DNA of 64,000 bases from NCBI GenBank assembly GCA_951406725.2, contig OX597838.1, forward strand, positions 37,200,001-37,264,000, written 5' to 3'. Of this stretch, positions 40,357 through 53,883 are shown in pieces (position 1 is the first letter of the stretch; every line of letters begins with the position of its first letter). Made by a program: the position numbers and the translations under genes. Source of the DNA: Octopus vulgaris. Lineage: Eukaryota. The notes beneath the pieces are model-generated. The model was not told the DNA's origin, searched no databases, and worked only from the letters and a program-made list of their open reading frames with translations.

Positions 40357-40910
40357 TTGAATGAGATAGCAGTGCATCAAGGTGACAGTGGGGTAAAATA
40401 TACGAAGCCCTGTATACCCATCATGACTATCTGTCTGATAAGGGTACACCAGGCACATGCATCGCAAACATATGTGTGTGATATGAGATCTCATATCAAG
40501 ATAAACAGCATATGACCTTGCAGGTGGGGCCCAGTTAGAATTTTCTTCAGGTCAAGTAGCTCATCCCACTCAAAAGATCTGTAAATAAGGGTTGTTTAAG
40601 GATGTTGAAGGAACAACCCATGTTTCCAAAGGTGAATTATCCAAACCTCTAAGAATTTCTTTCAACGCATGGTTATGATGCTCCCTCACTACATCTGCTC
40701 GTGATCAGAGATGCACATATCGTCAGCCACTAAGGGACATGCTCAACTGGTTATGGTCAAACAACTGACAAGCAAATCTGTGGTATTGAGCAGAATATTT
40801 GCTGTAGCCCATCTTTTATACCAAGACAAAACAATGTACATGATAACACTTCCAATCAGTTAAGATCAGAAGCCATGAGAATCACTGCCTGGTACTGCAT
40901 CAGGTCATTT
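40357..40910 (-). mobile_element. Family G element, full length, in (ATT)n
   Basis: Reverse complement of 46987-47548; ATT repeats on both sides. Confidence 0.88.
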
Positions 40911-40917
40911 AGTACTA

Positions 40918-40957
<40 letters not shown>

Positions 40958-42511
40958 CATTATTATTATTATATTTAAAAAATGGATTGACATAACTCTT
41001 CACAAAGTTAAACAGTCAAGACGAAGAGCGTGATTCAATTGTAAGATTAGTTGAACGATATTTCAACATTATTATTATTATTATTATTATTGTTGTTGTA
41101 TAGTGGAAGAGCAGGAATCAGAAAGGGACAATCAATACACCTTTTGTTATTTAGTCATCTCTCTTGAAACTCTCGGTTCAAATCCTAGGCAATACCACAG
41201 CTTCACTTATTCCGACCGCCACTTCTCCAATACCATTCGAATAAAAGTACTTGAATAGATAAAAGCGGATCCACGTGGATTTAGTCAAAGAATACATATA
41301 GAAATCGGTCAGATCAGGAACTTTCATAGCCTGAAATATTGATGAAATGGAGAAACGAACTGCTGTTACGTATATTTAAGCATTCATCGATGTTTGGATG
41401 AGTTTCCCTTCCCAAACAACTGGAGACAGTAGCTGAAGGCCATTTATTAAAATGTAAATAAAATTTGTGAATAACACAAGTCATCCATTTGTGCATTTCT
41501 ATAATGGTACAAAGTTGATAGCTGGATACTAATTACTATTTCTTCGGTACTAATGCTGTGTGAGTTATGAATACATAAATTCATAAACTTGCATTGCCTC
41601 CTGCCTTAAGCATTTGAGATTTCTGACGGAGAAGTAGGAGACGTGCTGTCATGACTTGTGGTTGTCTTGGTCATTTAGGTTTCGTTTAACCCGCCCCCCC
41701 ACTTCAGGTCTGATTACTGATGCGTTCTTCCACAGACAGAGAGAGGAGGGGGTGGGAAAGAAAGGGAGAGAAAGATAGAGAAAAGAATTGGCTTCCCTCC
41801 CCGTCTACCAATGCTGGACTATGATCAAATTTACCAACCAGGAAAAGATGGAAAGTGAAAGTAATCTCAGCTGGAATTGAACTCAGAACACAAGGATGAA
41901 AATAAGGACTGCAATATAGTCAGAGGTGGGGATAGGTGCAGGTGTGGATAGGTACAGGTGTGGATAGGTACAGGCATGGCTGCGTGGTTAAGATGTTTGC
42001 TTCCGAACAACATGGTTTCTGGTTCAGTCCCACTATGTTACACTTTGGGAATGCACCTTCTATTATAGCCCCAGGCAAACCGAAGCCTTCTGGGTGGATT
42101 TAGTAAATGAGAACTGAAACAAGTCTTTATATATCATCATCATCATCATCATCATCTTCAAGTGACATCTATTTTCCATGCTGACCATCATCATCATCAT
42201 CATCATTAATGCTCATTTTCCATGGGTTGGATGGCTTGACAGGAATTGGCAGACCAGAGAGATGCTCCAGGCTCCAACTATCCCTTTTGGCACAGTGCCT
42301 ACTGTCGGATGCCCTTCCTAACACCAACCACTTTACAGGGTGTACACTGGGTGCTTTTCATGTGGCACAAGAGCATTTTACATGGTGCCACCAATGGTGC
42401 CTCTTACATGGAGCCAATACTGAAGCATCAAGTGCATTGGAATTTAGAGAATTGAAGAAATCTTCAATACAGAAGAATAGCCGTGAAAACAAATTCTAGA
42501 AATTATTCTTA

Positions 42512-42690
42512 TAGGCGCAGGAGTGGCTGTGGGGTAAGTAACTTGTTTACCAATCACATGGTTCTGCGTTCAGTCCCACTGCATGGCACTTTGGACAAGT
42601 GTCTTCTACTATAGCCTCGGGCTGACCAATGCCTTGTGAGTGGATTTGGTAGACGGAAACTGAAAGAAGGCCATCGTATATATGTATATT

Positions 42691-42721
<31 letters not shown>

Positions 42722-42930
42722 TTGTGTGTCTGTGTTTGTCCCCCCAACATCACTTGACAACCGATGCTGGTGTGTTTAGGTTCCCGTAACTTAGCGGTTC
42801 GGCAAAACAGACCGATAGAATAAGGAATTGGCTTACAAAGAATAAGTCCTGGGGTCGAGTTGCTCGACTAAAGGCGGTGCTCCAGCATGGACGCAGTCAG
42901 ATGACTGAAACAAGTAAAAGAGTAAAGAGT
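42512..42930 (+). mobile_element. SINE family A, full length (another copy follows at 43066-43455)
   Basis: Head-to-tail homology with the other A copies. Confidence 0.9.
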
Positions 42931-43844
42931 ATAAGAGGAAAAAAGTGGTCATCAGATGTCACAGAGTTCAATTCTCCATAGTGGCTGTTGGGGGTATTTT
43001 TACCCATTTTTCGAAAAGCTGTTTTTACAGCAGCTGTCCTACATTTGAGATTTCATATATATATAGGCACAGGCATGGCTGTGTGGTAAGTAGCTTACTT
43101 ACCAAGCCGATGGTTCTGGGTTCAGTCCCACTGAATGGCACCTTGGGCAAGTGTCTTCTACTATAGCCTCGGGCCAACCCAAGCCTTGTGGGTGGATTTG
43201 GTAGACAGAAACTGAAAAAAGCCCGTCATATGTGTGTGTGTGTGTGTGTGTTTGTATGTGTATGTTTGTGTGTCTGTGTTTGTCCCCCCACCACTGCTTG
43301 ACTACCGATGCTGGTGTGTTTACGTCCCCGTAACTTAGCGGTTCGGCAAAAGAGAACGATAGAATAAGTACTAGGCTTACAAAGAATAAGTTCTGGGTTT
43401 GATTTGTTTGACTAAAGGCGGTGCTCCAGCATGGCCACAGTCAAATGACTGATGCAAATTAAAAAATAAATAAATAAAAGAATATGTATGTGTGTGTGAT
43501 TGTTGCTGTTTCCATGCTCTGACTTTGTGCAGTAGTTGCATTAGTGTCACCCTCATGCAAACAGTGTCATCTTTCACTTCCTATCTTCCATGAAAACGTG
43601 GGGAAATATTATGTACCTTATTTGGAAACAGGTGAGGGTTGGTGACAGCGAAAGCATCCAACCATGGAATATTCACTTCAACAAAATCTATCAGATCCAT
43701 GTGAGCAAGGTAAAAAAAGGCTTTCAAACGATGTTGATGATGAATGCATCTAATCTGATGCTCAGGTGTCTGCCAGGATGCAACTCCTCTCACTTCTTGC
43801 TAATGCTAGAGTAGGACTATTAATAAACCAAGAAATTCTACTTC

Positions 43845-44129
43845 TTTCACCCTTTTCAAGCCTAGTCAGGCTTCCCGGTTTCCTGGTTTCTGTGGTGTAT
43901 GTGTTCCACCAAGCTGGACGGGATGCCAGTCCATCACAGCATTACTCAAGAAACAGGAAGAGAGAGTGAGAGAAAGTTGTGGTGAAAGAGTACAACAGGG
44001 GTCACCACCACCCCCTGCCGGAGCTTTGTGGAGCTTTTAGGTGTTTTCACTCAATAAACACACGCAATGCCCCGTCTGGGAATCGAAACCGCGATCCTCC
44101 GACTGTGAGTCTGCTGCCCTAACCACTGG
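43845..44129 (-). mobile_element. SINE with family H head/body and V-SINE-like tail
   Basis: H body (gagaaagttgtgg...aataaacac) joined to the tail seen at 36365. Confidence 0.78.
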
Positions 44130-44269
44130 TGAAAGGTGAAGTTGAACTCAGCAGGAACAGAACTCAGAACACAGAAACCAAAATTACTATCACAATGCAT
44201 TGAAGCTGAAGCTCAAATGCCTGCCACTTTACTGCATTGTACAGACATAAAAGTCTAAATGTATTTAGT

Positions 44270-44640
44270 GTTACTGTAAAATCCTGCTGTGGATTTCAGT
44301 GATGATATTTTTGGTACAACTATAATTAACTTTTATATTGTTTCTGCTGAACAAATTGTTGTACATGTGGTTAGTGGGGAAATGTTTGTTTGACACTTTT
44401 AGAAGCATTTTAGCTATGTTGAACATTACGTTCATAGTACAGGATTTTACAAACATTATAATTGTATTTCTATTTTTCTGGTCTGAGTGTTAAACAAAAT
44501 ACTGTATCCTTGCTAGCATTTAATATTTATGTGTCAGTTACCAGGAATGTGTTTAATATGTAAAGTGGTCTATCCAATAGTGTTACACCACTAAACTTTG
44601 TGGGTATTTTAGCAATGCTTTCATGGATAGTTGACGAGTT
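44270..44640 (-). pseudogene. Penelope-like element ORF remnant
   Basis: ORF 44271..44456: NIAKMLLKVSNKHFPTNHMYNNLFSRNNIKVNYSCTKNI, the PLE linker motif. The extension to ~44640 is approximate. Confidence 0.75.
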
Positions 44641-44646
44641 AGATAT

Positions 44647-44691
44647 GGTGCTGATGAAAGAGCAATAAGTCTTGAAATATGCATATACATC
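44647..44691 (+). ncRNA. Minimal type I hammerhead motif adjacent and inverted to the PLE ORF remnant
   Basis: ggtg-CTGATGA-aaga(gcaataag)tctt-GAA-ATATGCATAT-A-catc: 4-bp stems I and II, 10-nt palindromic stem III, AUA triplet. Confidence 0.7.
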
Positions 44692-46275
44692 CATTACCTA
44701 CATTTCCTATCTTCCATCGCATTGTTAGCATAGACGTATTCGTATGCAAAGCATCGTAACTTAAAGTGTTGGCTCTAAATTCTATACAAAATCTGCAGAG
44801 ATAAACTTGAAAATATTATATATATTGTCAGTGCTGTGTATGTATTGTGTAAAGTGTAAAAGATGAACAAACTGTAGAATCATGGAAAGAAAAAATAGAT
44901 ATATCATGGACAAACCTGGTGTCAGCTGATAACCTATGATAACTGTATTTAATATTTAAAGCGTTTCACTATCATAACTTAACCAAAATTTGTTTATGTA
45001 GGTAAGCTCTGAAATATCTTACTACAAGTGCACTTAAATATGTTAAAATTCTAAAAATATATGTCTGCTTTATGGAGTAACGTTAAGTCTTTCTACCTCT
45101 TCTGAAGGTTGTCTTTGCATTGAAACATTGTATCTGCTTTCGTGTTTGACTTGCTAGAAATAGCAGCCAAACCTCCCTGAAGATATACTTACTAACTTCT
45201 TTTAAAAAAACAATGAGGTGCACATTAGATAATGTAGTCCTTGATACACTCTGTTTGAATAATAAAAATACAGAAAAAGAAAAAGAAGATAAATACATAC
45301 CAGCTGTTCAGGGCTGGAATGCCTTTTTTGATAAGTTTGGTGTTGAACGGAAACAAGAAGAAGAAAAAGTCATCCTCTTCAACAGATGCACACAACTGAA
45401 GAAACAAAGAATTTTAAAAGACAAACGAAGAGAAATTTCTCTTTTTCCTTTAAAGTTTTTTCCTCCTCCTCCTCTTCCTCCAGTCTCTTCCTCTTCTCCA
45501 TCTTCAACCACTTCCTCTTCTGCCTCCTCTTCTCCTTCAATTACTTCTTCCTTTTTCTCTTCCTCTCAATATTCAGTCTCTTCAGCCTCCTCCTCCTCCT
45601 CCTTTTTTCTTGCTCTTGTTGTTGTTGTTGTTGTTGCTCTTCTTCTTCTCCTCTTCTTTCCTCCTCCTCTTCCTCACTCGTCCTTTCTTTCCTTCCTTCC
45701 TTTATCCCCTTTCTGTCCTTCCAGCCTTTCTTTTCCCCGTTTTTTTTTCTTCTCCCTGTTTTTTTCTTCTCCCCTCAGCCATAAACCATTCCTGCTTCTA
45801 TCTGCCTCCTCCCCCACCACCACCACCCAGCCTTCCACCTCCATCACAAAAAAAAATGCACATTCACATGACGTACCAATGTGTAAATAATTCATTCCAG
45901 CCACCATTTCCTCGACTCTGCCATCCGAAAAGATATTCTTTCCTCATGAAGTCAGCAAGTAGCAAGCTAGCATGCACATCCATGTGTAAATAATGGCATG
46001 CGCTGAAGTGCTCCGTGAAATGTCCGTAGAAATTGTGTCGACACTGTGTCACCCCCTGGGTGTCAACAGCAGTGCCCTCGCTGTCTCCACCATGCAATAT
46101 TATATTTATTTGCCATTATGACAGGAATAATATTGGATTCAAATTTTGGCACAAAGCCAGAAATTTTGAGGGGAAGGGCAAGTCAATTACACAGACCCCA
46201 TTACTCAACTGATACTTATTGTTATCAACCTTGAATGGATGAAAGGCAAAGTTGACTTCAGTGGAATTTGAACTC

Positions 46276-46535
46276 TCCCGTGCTGGTGGCACGTAAAAAG
46301 TACTATTTGAACATGATCGGTGTCAGGGCCACCTGACTGACTTCTGTTGCCGGTGGCACGTGAAAAGCACACAGTACACTATCGGAGTGGTTGGCATTAG
46401 GAAGGGCATCCAGCTGTAGAAACATTGCCAGATCAGATTGGAGTTTGATGCAGCTGCTGGCTTTCCAGACCTCCAGTCAAACCGTCCAACCCATGCCAGC
46501 ATGGGAAACGGACGTTAAACGGACATAATGATGAA
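46276..46535 (+). mobile_element. Family D retroposon with ~1.5 of the 67-bp-type 5' units, nested in a minus-strand SINE B (46135-46275 + 46538-46600)
   Basis: gtgctggtggcacgtaaaaag...gccggtggcacgtgaaaagcac, then the D core; B sequence resumes at gcagacgaaatactgctaagc. Confidence 0.82.
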
Positions 46536-46636
46536 TGTAGATGCAGACGAAATACTGCTAAGCATCTTGCCCGGCACGCTAATGATTCTGCCTACTCATT
46601 GCCATAATAATGATAATAATAATAATAATAATAATA

Positions 46637-46962
46637 CCAGTGATTGTAGGAGCACTAAGAATGATCAAGAAGGGAACCGAAAATAATGAGAATGATCCCT
46701 GGCTTACCATCCCTGCAAGAAGTGCAAAAGATTGTCTTAACTGGTACATCACACGTATTGAGAAGAGCATTGTCGATGTGAGAACTATTACTACCCATGT
46801 ATTTTAATTTAACTTTATTTCTATCAAAAAAAAAAAAAAAGATTGAATGAACTAGTGAATTTAGTTTAATAGCCTACCAATGTATACTATGAGTTTCTTT
46901 GCCCTAGGACTCGGGAAGACACTCGGCAAGAAATGGAAGCAAATTTGAAAGAAGAAGAAAAA
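46637..46962 (+). mobile_element. R4/Dong-type RLE LINE 3' end in (AAT)n
   Basis: PVIVGALRMIKKG...SLQEVQKIVLTGTSHVLRRALSM*. Its 3' UTR recurs alone at 39030-39212, also between (AAT)n tracts. Confidence 0.8.
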
Positions 46963-46986
46963 TCCATAAATAATAATAATAATACT

Positions 46987-47546
46987 AAATGCCCTGATGT
47001 AGTACCAGACAGTGGCTCTCATGGCTTCTGATCTTAACCGATTGGAAGTGTTATCATGTACATTGTTTTGTCTTGGTATAAAAGATGGGCTATAGCAAAT
47101 ATTCTGCTCAATACCACAGATTTGCTTGTCAGTTGTTTGACTTTAACCAGTTGAGCATGTCCCTTAGTGGCTGACGATATGTGCATCTCTGATCACGAGC
47201 AGAAGTAGCGGGGGAGCATCATAACCATGTGCTGAAAGGAATGCTTAGAGGTTTGGATAATTCTCCCTTGGGAAACCTGGTTCCTCCGTTCAACATCCTT
47301 AAACAACCCTTATTCAGGGACCTTTTGTGCGAGATGGGCTACTCGACCAGAAGAAAATTCTAACTGGGCCCCACCTGCAAGGTCATGCTCTGTTTATTTT
47401 GATATGAGATCACCATGTCACACACCTATGATTATGATGCATGTGCCTAGTGTACCCTTATCAAATGGGTAGTTATGATGGGTATACTGGGCTTCGTATA
47501 TTTTACCCCCAGTGTCACTTTGATGGCATACACTGCTCTCTCACTC

Positions 47547-47548
<2 letters not shown>
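46987..47548 (+). mobile_element. Family G element, full length (~560 bp, non-coding), in (AAT)n
   Basis: Three copies in the window; no long ORF; AAT repeats at both ends. Confidence 0.88.
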
Positions 47549-47580
<32 letters not shown>

Positions 47581-47870
47581 GCAGAAAGGTTAGCCTATTC
47601 TCATTGGAGCATTGAGGTCATTAACACCCACTCTGAAAAAACATCGGAAAACTTTAGAAATTCTCTACAATCTTGATGTATAACAAAAGTCAGCTTTACT
47701 TGGAACTGCACGGATATTGCAATAAGTACTGTCAGTCTGAGGTCCTTGTTGTGATTTGATGAACAGCACAAACCCCCAGTAGACACAATATCTTCAATCA
47801 CCAACCTCACGATATTGGATAATGTGCAATGTCTATAATAATAATAATAATGATAATAATAATAATAATA

Positions 47871-48663
47871 ACAAGAGCACTCTGATAGCGCAAACCTCTG
47901 CCAATGCAACACCAACATCCTCTCAATGATTAGCCAGAGATGATTTTTAAAATGAGAATATCTGATAATAAATTCGATTGCTCTCATAAACGAGAATACT
48001 AAAAATGAACCTGACTGCCACTTTCAAAATTTAAGTAAAAAAAGCAGAAAAATAATCTAGAATCGGTGCAGGAGTGGATGTGTGGTAAGTAGCTTGCTAA
48101 CCAACCACATAGTTCTGGGTTCAGTCCCACTGCGTGGCATGTTGGGCAAGTGTCTTCTGCTATAGCCCTGGGCCGACCAATGCCTTGTGAGTGGATTTGG
48201 TAGATGAAAACTGAAAGAAGCCTGTCGTATATATGTATATATATATATGTGTGTGTGTATGTTTGTGTTGCTGTGTTTGTCCCCCTAGCATTGCTTGACA
48301 ACCGATGATGGTGTGTTTACGTCCCCGTCACTTAGCGGTCCGGCAAAAGAGACCGATAGAATAAGTACTGGGCTTACAAAGAATAAGTCCCGGGTTTGAT
48401 TTGCTCAACTGAAGGCGGTGCTCCAGCATGGCCGCAGTCAAATGACTGAAACAAGTAAAAGAGAAAAAGAGAGTAAAGAGTAATCCTTGTCCAATACTGG
48501 ATCAGTCCCAAAATCTAATCACTTCATGCCAGTCACGAGGCCAAACATCCCTGAAAGTTTAATCTGAATCCAACCAGCAGTTCTTGAGATATCTTGTCCA
48601 TGGAGAAACATACAAACAAATACAACTGAAAAGAATACCTCTGCATTTGCTAAGCTGGAGGTA
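47871..48663 (+). mobile_element. Probable Helentron-associated non-autonomous element (HINE/DINE-like), interrupted by a SINE A (48065-48480)
   Basis: Begins ACAAG in an A/T run, has a subterminal ...ttcttgagatatc segment and a terminal hairpin tacctc...gaggta; ...agaatc | aatcc... resumes across the SINE. Confidence 0.5.
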
Positions 48664-48929
48664 AAAATGATCATAATAATAATCCTTTCTAATATTGGCA
48701 CAAAGGCTGAAATTTTTTGGGGAGGGGGACTAGTCAGTTACATTGACCCTAGTACACCACTGGTACTTAATTTATCGACCCCGTAAGGATTAAAGGTAAA
48801 GTCGATGTTGGTGGAATTTGAACTCAGAATGTAAAGACAGACAGAATGACACTTGGCAGCAGTTTTGGGTCTTCTGTAACAACGATTGCTAAAAAATTAC
48901 CATTTACCATCTGTACAATGGTGACTGAT

Positions 48930-50642
48930 ACTACCAGCAATGCAATCACCATCAGCAATAACCTGAACACCACCAGTTCTACCAACACCCCTACTACAAC
49001 AACTACCACCAACAACAACAAAAACAACAGCAACAACAATAGCAGTATCACCACCACAACCACCACCACCACCACCATGACAAATATCAATTCCACTGAC
49101 ACTGCCACTACCACCACCACTACCACCACCACCACCACCACCACCACAACAGCCAACAACAACAACAACAACAATTCCATCAACACTACTACTACCACAA
49201 CCACCATCAACACCACTATCACCGTCACTTCTACTACCTCCAACACTTCCACTGAACAGCAATAGTGTCAGCACCAATTCTGTCACGATCACTCACCACC
49301 AACACTACCACCACCATCAAACAAAAACACCACCTCCACTATCACCAACACCACCATCACAATCACCATTACCACTGTCACTACTCTCGCTGCCACTACT
49401 ACCACCACTACCACCACACACTATCAATCACCATCTTTACAACTGCTACCACTACCACAACCACCACCAATGCTACTACCACCAACACCACCATTATCAT
49501 CAACACGACCACCGCCACCTATTCCACCAGCACCACCATCATCACCACCTCCACTATCAGCAACACCACCATCACCACAACCACCACCATCACCATTACC
49601 ACTGTCATCACTCTCACCACCACCACAACCACCACCATCACCACAACCAAACCACCAACACCACCACCACCACCACAACCACCACCACAAACACCACCAC
49701 CACCACCACAACCACAACCACCACCATCACTACAACCACCACGATCACCACCATCACCATTACCACTGTTATCACTGTCACCACAACCACCACCATCACC
49801 ACAACCAAACCACCAACACCACCACCACCACCACAACCACCACCACAACCACCACCACCACACCCACCACCACAACCACCACCATCACTACAACCACCAC
49901 GATCACCACCATCACCATTACCACTGTCACCACCACCACCACAACCACCACAATCACCACAACCACCACCATCACCACCACCACCACCACCACCACCACC
50001 ATCACCACAACCACCACCACCACCACCACCACCACAACCACCACCACAACCACAACCATCACTACAACCACCACCACCACCACCATCACCATTACCACTG
50101 TCATCACTGTCACCACCACCACAACCACACTATCAATCGCCATCTCTATCACCACCATCACCACAACCACCACCATCACCACCACCACCATCACCATTAC
50201 CACCACCACAACCACCACCACCAACACCACCACCACCACCAACACCATTACCACTGTCATCACTGTCACCACCACCACAACCACACTATCAATCGCCATC
50301 TCTATCACCACCATCACCACAACCACCACCATCACCACCACCACCATCACCATTACCACCACCACAACCACCACCACCAACACCACCACCACCACCAACA
50401 CCACCACAACCACCACCACCACAACCACCACCACCAACACCACCACCACCACCAACACCACCACCATCACCACAACCACCAACACCACCACCACCACCAC
50501 CATCACCATTACCACTGTCATCACTGTCACCACCACCACAACCACACTATCAATCGCCATCTCTACCACCACCACCACCACCACCACAACCACCACCATC
50601 ACTACCACCACCACCACCACCACCACCACCACCACCACCACC
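48930..50642. repeat. Long (CAC/CAA/CAT)n trinucleotide low-complexity tract with internal block duplications (cactatcaatcgccatctcta x3)
   Basis: Direct inspection; explains the poly-His/Thr/Val ORFs. Confidence 0.92.
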
Positions 50643-51950
50643 GGTAGTCTTCACTTTGATTCACCGATCGCAACGAAAATGCTCACTAACGTGTGCAGCA
50701 TTTGCATGTCCTTGCATCAGCTAAAAACATTTGTAACGATTGCTGGTTGGTGCGCTACCACCGCAGCCACCACCGCTATGGCGTCCTCTTTACCTTCTCA
50801 TCGTCATCAAGAGCAGGGAGAGCTAATGTGTGTTTCCGTGTGTCCGCATGTGCATGTATATTAATGTCGTGTGCATGCATGTGTGTAGGACGAAACGAGC
50901 AGGGGAATTGGGCAGGTATGCAAATGTATGTATATGTGGGTTAATTATAGATACGCTCATTAATAATCTGTCTTTTCCTTGCTCTCTTTGTATCCTTATG
51001 TGTGTGTATACATACACACTCACATATATATATGTGTGTGTGTGTGTGTATGTATATACATACATACATACATACATATAGGTGTAGATACACATTGGTA
51101 TAAGTATATATATATATGCATACATCTATATACATCTCTCTCTCTATATATATATATACATACATATATATATACATACATATATATACATATATATGTA
51201 TATATATTTGCATATATATATATATATATATATATAGGTATATATATATATATACACACGTATATATACATATATATATATATATATATACACACGTATA
51301 TATACATATATATATATATATACACATGTATATATACATATATATATGTACATACATATATATACATTCATATATATAAGTACATATATATATGTATATA
51401 TATGTACTTATATTTATATATACACATAGATATATGCACACACACATATATACACACACACACACACACATATATATAAGGATTATTATGAAGTTTCATA
51501 GAATTGCCTTTAATTCTTTTTATACACACACACACACACACATAATACACGCATGCACATTTATATGTGTGTTAATATATATATATACGCAAACATATAT
51601 ACAGCTATGTATTTACATATATATTTATGCACACACACAGAGAATAAGAATACCTGATACCTTGTGTTGGATCTGGAACTTGCAGTGGATTGTGAACCAG
51701 GATGTGTGTGAGTGTGTGTGTATGGGTATATATTTTGCATTTATATGCATATTGAAATGCATGTCGACATACGTGTGCATCTACATATATATATGTAAAT
51801 GTATGGATATGTTCACATATGCACATGTATGTACAGCTGCATTTGTATGTGGTATATACACACAAGTATGTGTTGAACTCAACCCTTTCTTGGTGTCCTG
51901 GATGTTAAAATACCTTGATTCAAATGATCCCTACAATGAATTTGTAATAT

Positions 51951-52342
51951 AGGAGTGGCTGTGTGGTAAGTAGCTTGTTTACTAACCACATGGTTCCGGG
52001 TTCAGTCCCACTGTGTGGCACCTTCGGCAAGTGTCTTCTACTATAGCCCCGGGCCGACCGAAGCCTTGTGAGTGGATTTGGTAGACGGAAACTGAAAGAA
52101 GCCCATTGTATATATGTATATATATATATATATATGCGTGTGTGTGTCTGTGTTTGTCCCCTAGCATTGCTTGACAACCAATGCTGGTGTGTTTATGTCT
52201 TCATCACTTAGCGGTTCGGCAAAAGAGACCGATAGAATAAGTACTGGGCTTACAAAGAATACGTCCCAGGGTCAAGTTGCTCAATTAAAGGCAGTGCACC
52301 AGCATGGCCGTAGTCAAAATGTCTGAAACAAGTAAAAAGAGA
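51951..52342 (+). mobile_element. SINE family A, near full length, followed by a second 3' half (~52370-52607)
   Basis: Homology to the other A copies. Confidence 0.88.
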
Positions 52343-52352
52343 AAAAAAAAAG

Positions 52353-52385
<33 letters not shown>

Positions 52386-52680
52386 GATGTATATATATAT
52401 ATGTTTGTCCCTTCACAAACATAGACACAAACATTGACAACTAATGTTGGTGTGTTTACACACCCATAACTGAGCAATTCGACAAAAGAGACCAATAAAA
52501 TAAGTACTAGGGTTACAAAGAATAAGTCCTGGGATTTATTTATTTGACTAAAAGTGGTGCTCCAGCATGGCCACAGTCAAATGGCTGAAACAAGTAAAAT
52601 AATAAAAGCATTATAATTATCATTATTATCATAATTATAATAATAATTATTATCATTATTATTATTATTATTATTATTAT

Positions 52681-52988
52681 TCAGTAGTTTTATTTTTATA
52701 GCGTGCTTTCACTTCACTACCGAGCGCAGCTCTGTGTGCCTTGTGTATGTGCTGTGATTTGTTGTGATGCTCTGATGGTTATTGTATGGAAAGTGTTCTG
52801 CGTAGGATGTGTGCGGTGCCCAGTAGTGCAATTTTCTGTATGTTATATGTGTTTGTAAGTCCTGGTGTTTTTGTTATGTTTTTGTCTGAATGTATTTTTT
52901 TTATCATGCCTAATGCACCTACTATGATAGGAATTGTTTCTGTTTTCAGATTCCACATTCTAGTTACCTCTATTTCCAGGTCTTTGTA

Positions 52989-52992
<4 letters not shown>
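52681..52992 (-). mobile_element. R4/Dong-type RLE LINE 3' end in (ATT)n
   Basis: Minus strand: KYKDLEIEVTRMWNLKTETIPIIVGALGMIKK...IQKIALLGTAHILRRTLS; ATT repeats on both sides. Confidence 0.88.
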
Positions 52993-53025
<33 letters not shown>

Positions 53026-53327
53026 GTTATTATTGTTCTTATTATACTCTGTAGTTGTCCACTACCATTATTCTGTCTGGCAGCTCTTTTAAGAAGTTAT
53101 GGGGAATGCAAAAAGAAAGGAAAGAACAATAAATTTCATCTATTTTTCTTCCTTTTTTTTTTTGCTAATTACATAAAATTAAAAGTTGCAAAGAATTAAA
53201 AAAAAAAAAAAAGATGAAGAAATAATACTTGGTGACATTTCAGAAACTGGGACACACAGACACACACAGATGCATACATATAAATGTATGTATGTTTGTG
53301 TGTGAAAGCATATACACACACATTCAA

Positions 53328-53359
<32 letters not shown>

Positions 53360-53538
53360 GTATGTATGTTGAATTTTCTCAGTTGTTGTAGCTTATGGCT
53401 GTGTTGTCGTTGTTTTTGCTGTTGTTATCATCTTTTGTGTTGAAAATTTCATGAATTTTTAAAGTATTTTGATTGAAAAGCAGCCAGGACAATGGAATAT
53501 TGCTGGAAAATATAGCAAAGAAAAACATGTGTAAATTT

Positions 53539-53570
<32 letters not shown>

Positions 53571-53653
53571 GCATGTGTGTAAATTTATACACATACACAC
53601 ATACATGTATGTATGTATTTGTATGCATGTATGTATTTGTATGTATATATATG

Positions 53654-53696
<43 letters not shown>

Positions 53697-53849
53697 GTAA
53701 ATGTAATATGTGACAATTATTCGGTAGCCATGATAAAACTCCAAGTTTCGGATGCTGAGGTGGAAATCTACGCCGCCATATCTTCAGTTATCTGGCCATC
53801 GGAAAAATGCCATATATATATGTATATGTGTATATGAAAATATATGCTC

Positions 53850-53883
<34 letters not shown>

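Noticed and set aside
49265-50864. 460-aa His-rich and 464-aa Thr-rich ORFs
   Set aside because: They arise from stop-free (CAC)n-type repeats open in several frames and on both strands, with no evident splice signals or domain.
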